IMG/VR virus record: IMGVR_UViG_3300008111_000024
DNA length: 64,000 nucleotides
Reading direction: 5' to 3' (one strand)
From: an uncultured virus (IMG/VR IMGVR_UViG_3300008111_000024)
Lineage: Duplodnaviria > Heunggongvirae > Uroviricota > Caudoviricetes
A model generated the notes under the pieces. The model was given only the letters and a program-made list of their open reading frames with translations. It had not been told where the DNA came from and made no database searches. The position numbers and the translations under genes were made by a program. This document shows positions 15,260 through 24,944 of the stretch, one piece after another; positions within the stretch are counted from its first letter, which is position 1, and each line of letters begins with the position of its first letter.

Positions 15260-15923
15260 AATTCTAAATGTCTGTATATTTATTAGTATGAGAATACAAA
15301 TAAGTGAAACAGAATTTAAAGAAGTGGTTTTTAGTTCTATGACTATGGCACAAGCTTCAGCTAAACTTGGATTACACTTCAATACTTTTAAACGTATTGC
15401 GGTTAAACTAGGTGTTTATAATCCGAATCAATCGGGTAAAGGTGTAAAAAAGGATATGTCATCCGTTTCAATACCTTTAGACGAAATATTAGAAGGTAAA
15501 CATCCAAGTTACCAGACTTTTAAACTTAAGAATAGAATGTTAAGAGAAAATATTCTCAATAATGTTTGTTCTGAATGTAAAATAAATGAGTGGAATGGTA
15601 AACCAATTAGTCTTGAACTTGACCATATAGATGGTGTACGTACTAATCATAAGTTGAATAACTTAAGATTATTATGTCCAAACTGTCATTCTCAGACAGA
15701 CACCTATAGAAGTAAAAACAGGATTTGAGTGCTTGAGAAGAAATTCTCAATGTAGAACTCCGTAAATTCGGTGAACCCTTTCAAATGGGAATACCGAGCC
15801 AAGCCTCGAAAGAGGAAGGTGTAGAGACTAGACACGGAGAACCTAAGTCTGAAAAGATAAGGTTAAGGTATAGTCCAGACCACAAACAACAATTTGGTTG
15901 GTAGTGAAAACTATAGTGGTAAG
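15260..15923 (+). mobile_element. Group I intron (664 nt) with homing endonuclease ORF
   Basis: U before the 5' splice site, terminal G; core elements AAATTCGGTGAA, AATACCGAGC, GTAGAGACTA, AAGGTATAGTCC; P3 CTCCGT/ACGGAG. Confidence 0.92.
15288..15728 (+). CDS. Intron-encoded HNH endonuclease
   Basis: CSECK...LELDHIDG..N..NNLRLLCPNCHSQT; TATTTAT-N4-ATG. Confidence 0.9.
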   Translation: MRIQISETEFKEVVFSSMTMAQASAKLGLHFNTFKRIAVKLGVYNPNQSGKGVKKDMSSVSIPLDEILEGKHPSYQTFKLKNRMLRENILNNVCSECKINEWNGKPISLELDHIDGVRTNHKLNNLRLLCPNCHSQTDTYRSKNRI

Positions 15924-15978
15924 AAAATCTGATGGACCGTAAGGTCCGTGCGGGTTCGATTCCCGCCCCGAGTACTAA

Positions 15979-16180
15979 GAGTAAGAGATACTCTGAAAGT
16001 TTGGTAACGTTCTTTCAAGATGTTATAGTTGTCGCCTTCCACGACTTTAGAGAGGGGGTCGTCGGAGCCTGGATGTAACAAATCCACCGAGTATGTTTGA
16101 CGTTTTAAGCGGTAAGACGCGTTGGGTTTTTCAATAGGAAAAACTGTGAATATCTACTCACCGTAATCTCAGGTGGGGCC
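15979..16180 (+). ncRNA. Unassigned structured RNA (~200 nt) between the two tRNA-Leu genes
   Basis: Hairpins GAGTA/TACTC, ACGAC/GTCGT, TGGAT/ATCCA, CGTTTTA/TAAGACG, GTTTTTC/GAAAAAC. Confidence 0.6.
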
Positions 16181-16184
16181 AAAT

Positions 16185-16264
16185 ATCAGAGTGGTGGAAT
16201 TGGTAGACACGTATGCCTTAGGAGCATATGCTACGGCGTGAGGGTTCGAGTCCCTCCTCTGATA
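16185..16264 (+). tRNA. tRNA-Leu(UAG)
   Basis: Anticodon arm TATGC-CTTAGGA-GCATA. Confidence 0.95.
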
Positions 16265-16284
16265 CTAAATTTTAAAATTTAATT

Positions 16285-16956
16285 ATGGATTACGGAAAAG
16301 AATTTAAATCGTATTACACCAAACACTTGTATAAACCATCAAGTAATTTGGATTATTATTCAAAACAAATTGAGAACTCTATGACTCCTTACATTTTGGA
16401 GGAAAGAGAAATGAGAGCAACTCAAATCGACATCTTCTCAAGATTGATGAGAGACCGTATTCTATGGGTCGCTGGTGAAGTTAATGATAATATGTCAACC
16501 ATTGTACAGGCTCAGTTAATGTTCTTAGATTCTGCGGACAATTCTGATATTACAATGCACATTGACAGTCCTGGTGGTTCAGTTAAATCAGGTTTAAGTA
16601 TGGTAGACGTAATGGATTACATTAAATGTGATATCCGTACCGTAAATACAGGTATGGCAGCATCAATGGGTTCAGTACTATTAGGAGCAGGTACAAAAGG
16701 TAAACGTTCATCATTACGATTCTCTCGTACTATGTTACACCAATCTTCAGGTGGGTTCCGTGGAAATATTCAAGATGCGGAAATCGATATGAAAGAATGG
16801 AAAAAAATCAATGAAACGTTATTCGAATTACTTGGTTCTTATTGTGGTAAAACCGCAAAACAAGTTATGAAAGATGCAAGTCGTGATTTGTGGTTATCAT
16901 CACAAGAGGCATTAGATTACGGAATAATCGATGAGATTGTAAAAACTAAGAAATAA
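16285..16956 (+). CDS. clpP: ATP-dependent Clp protease proteolytic subunit
   Basis: DIFSRLMRDRI, IDSPGGSV, GMAASMG, MLHQ, RDLWLS. Confidence 0.95.
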   Translation: MDYGKEFKSYYTKHLYKPSSNLDYYSKQIENSMTPYILEEREMRATQIDIFSRLMRDRILWVAGEVNDNMSTIVQAQLMFLDSADNSDITMHIDSPGGSVKSGLSMVDVMDYIKCDIRTVNTGMAASMGSVLLGAGTKGKRSSLRFSRTMLHQSSGGFRGNIQDAEIDMKEWKKINETLFELLGSYCGKTAKQVMKDASRDLWLSSQEALDYGIIDEIVKTKK

Positions 16957-16984
16957 AAAAAGGAGGTCAAATGACCTCCTTTTT
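16956..16984. terminator. Bidirectional intrinsic terminator
   Basis: AAAAAGGAGGTCA-aa-TGACCTCCTTTTT. Confidence 0.85.
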
Positions 16985-17038
16985 CACAGGAAAAATTACC
17001 CCTCCTTTTATTTATATTTATTTATAATAAACAAGCAA

Positions 17039-17728
17039 TTACGCCTGGATATTCATAGGGTTTGAAATCAATGAAGATTTCATAGTGCCAAGTTGTTCAG
17101 TGAACTTACTTGACATTCTCTCAACTAATGGACAAACAATACCTGAAATTTTACTTTCAATCTTGTCTGCGAAATCACTTTGTTTGATAACATCATACAA
17201 AGAGTTTCTTACATAATCCATAAAATCACCACCCATACCTTTTTCATATTCTAATTGTCTTAGATATGCTTCAGGTACTGATTCTGCAATTTTTCTAGTT
17301 AAGAATTCACATTCAGTGAAAAGTTTAGGAACATCTTTTAAATCTGTATTCCCTAAAGCAGTAATTAAAAAGTTCTTTAGGAAATTATTATCTTCTATTC
17401 CAAGTTTTTCTAAAATAAATTTAACCCCTTTTTCTTTGAATAATTCAATAACCGCATTTGTGGTACCTCCAAAAAGATTACCCAATACGTTGAAAACACT
17501 TGATACGTTTTCTTCGATTATAGAATTATCGAACCCTTGTTTGTGTAAGTGAACCATTTCAGTTAAAATGGTGACAAATACCTTATCAAGGTCTTTTTTG
17601 TTTTTAATTTTATTTGACTCAAGAATGAAATTAAATCTATTTTTAACAATCATTGATTCAGTTAAAACTTGTTTTTTAACTTCCTTGGTCTCAATTAAGT
17701 TTTTCTTTATAGTATTTTTAAGACTCAT
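17039..17728 (-). CDS. Hypothetical helical protein (putative virion cargo)
   Basis: 229 aa; LIE/LTE/ILE motifs at the N-terminus. Confidence 0.8.
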   Translation of the reverse strand: MSLKNTIKKNLIETKEVKKQVLTESMIVKNRFNFILESNKIKNKKDLDKVFVTILTEMVHLHKQGFDNSIIEENVSSVFNVLGNLFGGTTNAVIELFKEKGVKFILEKLGIEDNNFLKNFLITALGNTDLKDVPKLFTECEFLTRKIAESVPEAYLRQLEYEKGMGGDFMDYVRNSLYDVIKQSDFADKIESKISGIVCPLVERMSSKFTEQLGTMKSSLISNPMNIQA

Positions 17729-17736
17729 ATTTTAAA

Positions 17737-19329
17737 TTATTTTTTTGGTTGAGCATCGTCAGGTTGTTGAGACGCATCCGTTGCGTTAGGTTCAATTCTA
17801 AATCTTGCTTGTGATGGACTTGCCAATCTGTTGTAAACATTTTGTAATGTTTTATCTTTGTCAAATACACCTGCATTAGAACAATCAACAAGTTTTTGTT
17901 TAATTTCTTGTTTCTTACGAGTATCATATCCACTACAACTTCCAACAGTAATTTCGTCAGTTTTATCACCTTTAAATAATTGGTTAAATAATCCTGGGTC
18001 TTCTTGTCTTAGAGCCGCACAGTTAGCAGCGGTTCTCAATGTAGATTTACACCATTTACCTGTAACTTCAGTACTTTGTAAGAATGAATCTAATGAGGTT
18101 ATATTTTGTTCTAAATCTTTTCTAGAACCACCTTCACCTCTTAATACGTAAGCCACTATTTGTGAGTTAGCGTTAGGGAAACTTGCGGTAATATCTTTTT
18201 GGTCGTACATACTCATTCTTTCCGCTAACGGATTTGACCAAGCATCCCATTCAGTATTTCCTTTCTGAGCAAATTCATTTTTGGCTTTATCACCAATTTG
18301 TTTTAATATTGTTCTATTCTCATCAACAATAGCTTGTTGTTCAGGTTTATTAGTGACTTTTAAATAATCACTTAACGCTTTTAACATAGATAGATAAACT
18401 CTAAAGAAGTAAGACCTAGCTTTATCCTGAGTAATGTAATATTCAACAACATCAGTTCCTCTGTTTAATGCGTTTTCATCTAAATTACCATCTTCATCTA
18501 ATAACTCTAAACCGCCAAGATTATATTTTTCAAATCTTTCTTTTAACATTGTTGATTGGTCTTTTTGTCCTCCTGATTCACCACCAGTTGTTTGAGATGA
18601 AGACCCTCCGTCAATACTACCACCATAAACAACAGAACCTGTAATTACTTTTCCATTGATATCAGTAATTATTATTTGTTGGTCGTTATTTGAACAGTTA
18701 TAATAACCATTACCTAAATTAGTTTTACCGTCTGAAGAATATATTCTACAAATATAGCCTTTGGCTTGTTTCTCCTTAAAGTATGCCATAACATATTGTA
18801 CTCCTGTCTTATCAGTACCAAAACCAATTACATAATTGTTTGGTGGATTATAATATTGTTTTAACCCTCTAACACAAGTTGGGAAACTGTCAATCCATTG
18901 AGTTCCTCCGCCAGGTTGTCCTGAATTAGTATTTCCTTGAGTGTTTGTTTGAGCACTTGTCCATATAATATCATTACCATAACATTCCCATCCTCCTGAA
19001 CTACCATTAGTTGCAGTATAAGTCTTATCTGATTTAAATGTCACTGTAACACCATCTTGAGTTACTTTCGCAACATTTCCACTTATTTGTATATTAGTTA
19101 TTCTTGTAATACAAGTTGGAAACACGTTTTGTGCGGGAGCAGGTGCAGGTGCGGGAGCAGGTGCGGGAGCAGGTGATGGAGAAGGGCTAGGAGAAGGTCC
19201 TGGAAAAGTTTGTTCAGTAAATTCATCTTTACTAATATTTTCACCCTTACCTAACTTCTCTAAATCATCGTAATATTTTGGAGGAAAGTTCATTTCTTCA
19301 TTTATAGTATTTTTTCTTAACTTTTTCAT
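17737..19329 (-). CDS. Hypothetical protein with PS/PA linker and repeated FPTC motif
   Basis: 530 aa; PSPSPSPSPAPAPAPAPAPAPA; TATTTAT-N4-ATG. Confidence 0.82.
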   Translation of the reverse strand: MKKLRKNTINEEMNFPPKYYDDLEKLGKGENISKDEFTEQTFPGPSPSPSPSPAPAPAPAPAPAPAQNVFPTCITRITNIQISGNVAKVTQDGVTVTFKSDKTYTATNGSSGGWECYGNDIIWTSAQTNTQGNTNSGQPGGGTQWIDSFPTCVRGLKQYYNPPNNYVIGFGTDKTGVQYVMAYFKEKQAKGYICRIYSSDGKTNLGNGYYNCSNNDQQIIITDINGKVITGSVVYGGSIDGGSSSQTTGGESGGQKDQSTMLKERFEKYNLGGLELLDEDGNLDENALNRGTDVVEYYITQDKARSYFFRVYLSMLKALSDYLKVTNKPEQQAIVDENRTILKQIGDKAKNEFAQKGNTEWDAWSNPLAERMSMYDQKDITASFPNANSQIVAYVLRGEGGSRKDLEQNITSLDSFLQSTEVTGKWCKSTLRTAANCAALRQEDPGLFNQLFKGDKTDEITVGSCSGYDTRKKQEIKQKLVDCSNAGVFDKDKTLQNVYNRLASPSQARFRIEPNATDASQQPDDAQPKK

Positions 19330-19353
19330 ATCGATAAATATATTATTTTTTTT

Positions 19354-21495
19354 TTAACATTGTAATTCCTGACCATTTTCTTTCCAAACTACTTTACCAT
19401 CAGGTTTTAAAATTGCATCATAAGTTGACTTGGTCTCAGCCACTTTTAAAGTAAGTGTTGTGCCATTTATCATAATACCTCTATCTCCATAGCTTTTATC
19501 CAGAACATTTTTATAACAAGGGTATTTTGTAAAAAATAAATCAACACTATATTCTTGAGTTTTTTCTTTAAGTTTTTCTTCAGTTTCAGATTTATAATCT
19601 GCGAATTTTTTTTCTAATTCCTTATACTCTTCAGTTAATTTTTGATTTTCTTGTTTATAGTATTCAGTTACCTTGTCAATTTGTTTTTGAATATATTCTT
19701 TAGTTTTTTCTTCGTATTGGCCACTAATCGCTTTATCCCAAGTGTTTATCATATCGTCCCAATAAATATTCCAAGGTAGTATTGCCCCTGTTGCAATTGA
19801 CACTGCGGTAAATTCACCTTGTTTATTTGCAAAAATATCCTTATATTGTTCTTCAAAATTATCTTTAAGCTCATCTACAAAACTGTAATTTTGGAACCCT
19901 GAAAATATACCTTTGAATATAGATATCACTGACCACCAAACAGTAAAAAATATTGGTAAAGTTACTTTAGTCACTACTTGCATAAAAAAGTAATATTCTA
20001 ATAATCCTTTACCTAGCCCTTTCTCAGTAATAAATTTAGTAATTTCACTCCATTTTTTAATTGACCCTGTCCATAGAAATGCGTTAGCTCTAATCGCAAA
20101 ATCTAATACTTTTTTTGATAAAGTTGTATTTTTATCCCTCATCTCTTTGTAAAAAGTATTATACGTACTTTCATCTAAGAGTTTTAACGCGTAACTATCT
20201 CCATATGGTAAGTCCATTTTAAATGGGTCAACTTTTTTAAAATAAGTCATTACTTTATTAACGTCATCTACTTTATATTTTCCAGACTCTTTTAATACTT
20301 GTTCAATATCTTTTAAGAACGTATCGTAAATATCTAATTTACCTTTTTGAAGAGATTTTAAACCTATTCCGATATCTCTAAAAAAAGTATTGTTTTCGGC
20401 CAATTCACCTTTATTTTTTAATCTTTCTAATACTGTTTGAAATTTACCAAAAGTTTCGTCTATTAACTGTCCTTCACCTTTATATACTATACGGAGTCTA
20501 TCGAAGGTTAATAAGATAATTTTTCTAAATTGACCTGTTAAAGTATATTCAGTAGCTAGGATTCTTTCAAGTACTGATAATCCTTGTGACTCAACTTCAG
20601 ATAAGTTAACCGCCCTAATATGTTGTCTTATTTCCCAACCTTTTTTATATTCTTTAGCATATTGTGCCCAGGCGTCTCTTGTTTTTGGTCCGTAAACCCC
20701 GTATCCTTTTCCTTGGTTTAAATTAACAAAATTACCATCGGCATCCTTAATCCAATCAGGGTGATTTTTGTCCATCCAATCTTGGAAATCTTTTATTTCT
20801 GTCGTGTTTCTCAATTCAATAGGTGGTTTAGTCGCTTGTAAATACTCGTCCCCATATTTTTCCCACGCAGAACTTGTTTTAGGTCCAAAATTACCATAAC
20901 TTTTACCTACAACAGATACGTTTCTACCTGAATTCCAACCTTGTTTATTAACATTTAACCAATCTTGGAAATCTTTAACACCTTCGTTATTTTTTAATTC
21001 GTTTGGTATTCCTGATACAGGTTTTTTTGGTTTTTGTTTTGGAGGTATTGGTTGTGTGGTTTTTGATTTTTCCCAAGAGGATAATATTTCTTCCCCAAAT
21101 GATGATTTAATAACCCTTTCCGCAACTGCCTCTCCTCTAGCGGTTGCGATAGCGTCTAAAGTACTTTTATTAGCTTTGACAAATTTGTCAGCAAATTCAG
21201 GTGAACTTTTCGCTAAACCTTTAATAAAATTTCTAATTTCCGTTTTTCCTGCCTCAGTGGCAATTCTTTGAGCGATATAAGTTTCAATTCTTTTTTCAAT
21301 ATTTCTCTCAGTACTTCTTGGTAAAACTCTTTCGGCATATTCAATGGCATCTCTATCTAACATTTTTTCAACACCTCTAACAAGTTGATTTAACCCTTGT
21401 TCTAAGATTATGTTAGATTCAACTAAGGTATCTGGAACATTAATTCCCGATAATTTGTGTATTCTATAAATTTCGTTTAATAATTCACTTTTCAT
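19354..21495 (-). CDS. Large protein with two peptidoglycan-binding-like repeats and TM helices
   Basis: KDFQDW...YG..GPKT..AW x2; hydrophobic C-terminal half; TATTTAT-N4-ATG. Confidence 0.82.
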   Translation of the reverse strand: MKSELLNEIYRIHKLSGINVPDTLVESNIILEQGLNQLVRGVEKMLDRDAIEYAERVLPRSTERNIEKRIETYIAQRIATEAGKTEIRNFIKGLAKSSPEFADKFVKANKSTLDAIATARGEAVAERVIKSSFGEEILSSWEKSKTTQPIPPKQKPKKPVSGIPNELKNNEGVKDFQDWLNVNKQGWNSGRNVSVVGKSYGNFGPKTSSAWEKYGDEYLQATKPPIELRNTTEIKDFQDWMDKNHPDWIKDADGNFVNLNQGKGYGVYGPKTRDAWAQYAKEYKKGWEIRQHIRAVNLSEVESQGLSVLERILATEYTLTGQFRKIILLTFDRLRIVYKGEGQLIDETFGKFQTVLERLKNKGELAENNTFFRDIGIGLKSLQKGKLDIYDTFLKDIEQVLKESGKYKVDDVNKVMTYFKKVDPFKMDLPYGDSYALKLLDESTYNTFYKEMRDKNTTLSKKVLDFAIRANAFLWTGSIKKWSEITKFITEKGLGKGLLEYYFFMQVVTKVTLPIFFTVWWSVISIFKGIFSGFQNYSFVDELKDNFEEQYKDIFANKQGEFTAVSIATGAILPWNIYWDDMINTWDKAISGQYEEKTKEYIQKQIDKVTEYYKQENQKLTEEYKELEKKFADYKSETEEKLKEKTQEYSVDLFFTKYPCYKNVLDKSYGDRGIMINGTTLTLKVAETKSTYDAILKPDGKVVWKENGQELQC

Positions 21496-21506
21496 ATTAA
21501 TAAATA

Positions 21507-23327
21507 TTATTTAAATGGTTTTCCGTTTTCATCGACAAGTAATGAATCAATCAAATTTTCATCGGTTAGTATTTTAATTGCCGCGTCAAGAGTTTTAGCA
21601 AACCCCTTTTGATTTATTTTTTTAATTGTTTCGTCACTAGATAAATTAGGGTATTTTTTAATTGTTTCAGTAGCGTTTGCAACTAATATTAATAAATCAG
21701 TACCTTGTTTATTTTTAAACTCTTGCTCTAATCTCTTTATCTTATCCGCTTCGTCCAAGAATCCAAGTTTTCTAGCCAACACATTTGCAATTTCAATTGC
21801 AGGTAAATCAATAAATGCCATTCTACCTAAAACAGTACCTACTTTTTTTACCATACTTGGTTTTATTTTCTTACCAGTAGTTTTTAAAACTTGTTTACCA
21901 ATCTTATCAATCTCCTTTAAAGATTTATTAAGAGCGCTTTCTAATTCACTTTGACTTAATTTTGCAACTTTTTTAAAGAAATATTTTTCTTCTTCACTTA
22001 AAGTTTTAATATATTTTCTAACGTCTCCGACTTCTCTTAAATTAAGTCCTTTTCTCTTAGAGACTATAGACTCAACTAATTGTACTGACGGTGTCTTTGC
22101 AATTGAGAAGTAACTGTGGGCCCAAGGTAGTATTGCAAAAACAAAATCCATAACCGCGTTTTCAGTAATATGACCTTCTTTTAATGACCTAGCAACACCA
22201 ACCGCAACAGGTAATCCTGAACGAAATGCTATTTTTAAAATTTTCGCTAAAACATAAGATTGTCTTGCCTCAGTAACAGGAATTAACCACCCCTCTGAGA
22301 ATATATCAAGAATGACCCATCCTATAAATTCGGCAACAACACCATACTTATCCCACCATTTTTCAAGCCAACCTTTATTCATTTCTTTATATGCAATAGG
22401 GTCATACTCAAATATCGCATTTAGGTAATCATCCATACTTTTAAAAGAACCATAAACTTGGGATTTTCTCATCATCTCAAGTTTTTTCATATTTTGATTA
22501 TGAACGTCTAAAAAATAATCGGAACCTGGCATATCTTGCGGAGATTTATACTTACTCGAAAATTCTTTTGTGATTTTATCAAATTCTTTGGCTTGTTCAG
22601 CGTTTAAAGTTGCTCTCGCTTTAGTCCAATCTTTAAAATCTTCCTTAGTTATTCCAAATGGGAATTCTTCGTGATAATATTCTTTCTTTAATTTTGCCAA
22701 CTCCTGATTTCTTTTTTCATCAGTATTGTCATCAAACCAAGTTGTTGGATTATACCATACAGAATTTTCATCAGGGTATTTTTTCTTAATTTCCGCAACT
22801 TTTTTCAAATATTCAGGATACTCTGAAGGGTGGAATCCAAAAGGAGTCCCTCTAAGACCTACATTTTCTGCAGTCAAAGGAACAAATCCTCCCGTTTTAA
22901 CTTTTTTGGTGTGTATTCTTCCTTGGCTATCCCAATATTGTTCATCTCTAGTTAAGTTTGGGTCCCAAACCTCATCAGGATGTGCTTTGGCGTAATCAGA
23001 CTTCCATTTGTCACTAAAAGATTGTGTTTGATTTGGAGTTAAATTAACTGTAGGGGCTAGTGATGGAGAACCTAATGGTCTCTTATTCTTGTCTAATTTT
23101 TTAGGATAATCTGTGGATTTTAAAGACGGAAATAATTTAGTCGCCTCAATACCTCTATAAGGGCCTGTCTTTAAATCATATGTACCGTCATTGTTTTGAA
23201 CATATACCTGTTCATTTAAAACTGTTTGTTCACTAATGTTTTCATTAAGAGTCTTATCTAAAGAATATTTCATCAATAGTTTGGCTCTTTTTGCGGCGTC
23301 TAAACCTTCATTATAATTATACCCCAT
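21507..23327 (-). CDS. Large hypothetical protein with hydrophobic helices (putative virion cargo)
   Basis: 606 aa; TLNE/ISE/VLNE at the N-terminus. Confidence 0.82.
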   Translation of the reverse strand: MGYNYNEGLDAAKRAKLLMKYSLDKTLNENISEQTVLNEQVYVQNNDGTYDLKTGPYRGIEATKLFPSLKSTDYPKKLDKNKRPLGSPSLAPTVNLTPNQTQSFSDKWKSDYAKAHPDEVWDPNLTRDEQYWDSQGRIHTKKVKTGGFVPLTAENVGLRGTPFGFHPSEYPEYLKKVAEIKKKYPDENSVWYNPTTWFDDNTDEKRNQELAKLKKEYYHEEFPFGITKEDFKDWTKARATLNAEQAKEFDKITKEFSSKYKSPQDMPGSDYFLDVHNQNMKKLEMMRKSQVYGSFKSMDDYLNAIFEYDPIAYKEMNKGWLEKWWDKYGVVAEFIGWVILDIFSEGWLIPVTEARQSYVLAKILKIAFRSGLPVAVGVARSLKEGHITENAVMDFVFAILPWAHSYFSIAKTPSVQLVESIVSKRKGLNLREVGDVRKYIKTLSEEEKYFFKKVAKLSQSELESALNKSLKEIDKIGKQVLKTTGKKIKPSMVKKVGTVLGRMAFIDLPAIEIANVLARKLGFLDEADKIKRLEQEFKNKQGTDLLILVANATETIKKYPNLSSDETIKKINQKGFAKTLDAAIKILTDENLIDSLLVDENGKPFK

Positions 23328-23467
23328 TCTTTTAAATAGTTTTTTTTTACTATAAATATTTTAACTTACCCAAAATATCTTTATTTTGAATAAAGATACT
23401 TTAAATAACGTTTTTATTTTTTTAATTAAAATAAATCCACTATCTTTGTATTATAAAAATAAGGGTT

Positions 23468-23683
23468 ATGATGTACAAAATAAATGATAAGGTTTTTGTT
23501 TGTAAAACAAATGAGTTTAAAACTATTATTGACTCTGAGATGGTTGGTGATGTGGAGTTATATTATATGTCAGACAAAACCGCATACCCTGTAGATGAGT
23601 TAGTTTCATTAACTTCTTGTGAAGATACCATATTAAATATGGAGTTAAATATTGAAGATTTACTTGTTGACGTTGAGGATTAA
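23468..23683 (+). CDS. Hypothetical protein
   Basis: 71 aa; upstream TATCTTTG. Confidence 0.7.
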   Translation: MMYKINDKVFVCKTNEFKTIIDSEMVGDVELYYMSDKTAYPVDELVSLTSCEDTILNMELNIEDLLVDVED

Positions 23684-24007
23684 TTATGTTAACTGATTTG
23701 CAGGTCCTCTTGTTGGTTTAACAATATCTGAGTGTTTTGTTTTACTACTAACTTGATTGGCAGGTCCTGACCTACTTACTCTATCGGCCATTGGTTCGTT
23801 TTTAATTGGGTTAGCAGGACCTCGTTTTAAAGTCGACCCTACAATATCAGACCAAGTAGTTGCTTTTGCATCTCCACCTTCACCTGAAGATTCTCCGCTC
23901 GAAGTTTCTGAAGAAGTTTCTTGTTCTCCAAGTTCAGAAGTATTTATACCAGGATTAGTGGTATATCTCTCCATTAAATTTATAAGGTAATCGATGTCTG
24001 TTCTCAT
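23684..24007 (-). CDS. Hypothetical protein with three RGPAN-like repeats
   Basis: KRGPANP, RSGPANQ, TRGPANQ. Confidence 0.75.
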   Translation of the reverse strand: MRTDIDYLINLMERYTTNPGINTSELGEQETSSETSSGESSGEGGDAKATTWSDIVGSTLKRGPANPIKNEPMADRVSRSGPANQVSSKTKHSDIVKPTRGPANQLT

Positions 24008-24057
24008 ATTATCTTATAAATATTTGTTATTAAAGAAAAAAAGTCTATATTTGCCCT

Positions 24058-24564
24058 ATGAAAAATTTATTATTCCTTTTAACATTAATTGTTGGATTAA
24101 GTTCTTGTGAGAAATACGAACAACCAACATTACTTAGTCTAAGTGGTGAATACGTTATCGATAAAATTACTTTTGAAAAAGTTGATAATGCCGTCACTCC
24201 TGATGATACCATTTATTTACCTGGGACTGTTTATATCAATCCCTTGGAGAGATTCCCTATGGATACTATTGAGGTTGGATTCACCAAATGGCATTTTGAT
24301 TATCAAATAATCTCAATGAAACCTGTTAATACTATGACTGGTCAATACATTTGGACCAAACAATATCTATATGGGATTATTAATCATAATTCAAATTATG
24401 AATTAGGTTATATTGATTTTAATTGTGAGGGTAGTCGACGTATTTTTAAAATACTTGACGACCAAGCAGAAAGTTTAACTCTACGTAGTTCAGGTCAATG
24501 GGGTTATGCCGAGGTAGGTCCTAATATTTCAATTACATTACACCTAACAAGAATAGGTCCATAA
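24058..24564 (+). CDS. Putative lipoprotein
   Basis: LSSC lipobox; TATATTTG-N4-ATG. Confidence 0.8.
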   Translation: MKNLLFLLTLIVGLSSCEKYEQPTLLSLSGEYVIDKITFEKVDNAVTPDDTIYLPGTVYINPLERFPMDTIEVGFTKWHFDYQIISMKPVNTMTGQYIWTKQYLYGIINHNSNYELGYIDFNCEGSRRIFKILDDQAESLTLRSSGQWGYAEVGPNISITLHLTRIGP

Positions 24565-24593
24565 AAAAACCCTCATAAGAGGGTTTTTATCTT

Positions 24594-24896
24594 TTAGTAT
24601 AAATCTTTTTCAGGTAGTCTTTCAGGATATATCATATAATATTCATTGATGAACGATAATAATTCATCTTCGTCTATCCCTTCGTCAATAAAATCACCCA
24701 ACTCATCTTCCTCATCTTCATCAGTAAAAAAATCTAAATCTTCAACTACAAGTTGGTATCCAAATTCTTTAGCTTCACGTAATTCTATTTCATCGAATCT
24801 AAGTTCAGATTCGTCATCTTCATTAAGTCTAAACTTAATTTCTATTGTGTCTGTAGAGTCATTCACAAAGTAAGAGATTATTTCAACTATTTCCAT
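24594..24896 (-). CDS. Acidic hypothetical protein
   Basis: 100-aa ORF. Confidence 0.78.
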   Translation of the reverse strand: MEIVEIISYFVNDSTDTIEIKFRLNEDDESELRFDEIELREAKEFGYQLVVEDLDFFTDEDEEDELGDFIDEGIDEDELLSFINEYYMIYPERLPEKDLY

Positions 24897-24944
24897 AATT
24901 TGTTATTTTACTATAAAATATCTTGAAATAATCAAAAGTCCAAA

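Larger units (their letters stand above)
15225..15974 (+). tRNA. tRNA-Leu(UAA), split by a group I intron (exons 15225-15259 and 15924-15974)
   Basis: Joined exons give TCAGA-CTT^AAAA-TCTGA, acceptor GCTCGGG/CCCGAGT, long variable arm. Confidence 0.92.

Noticed and set aside
19132..19200. GC-rich 6-nt periodic repeat
   Set aside because: It encodes the PSPS/PAPA linker of the 530-aa protein.
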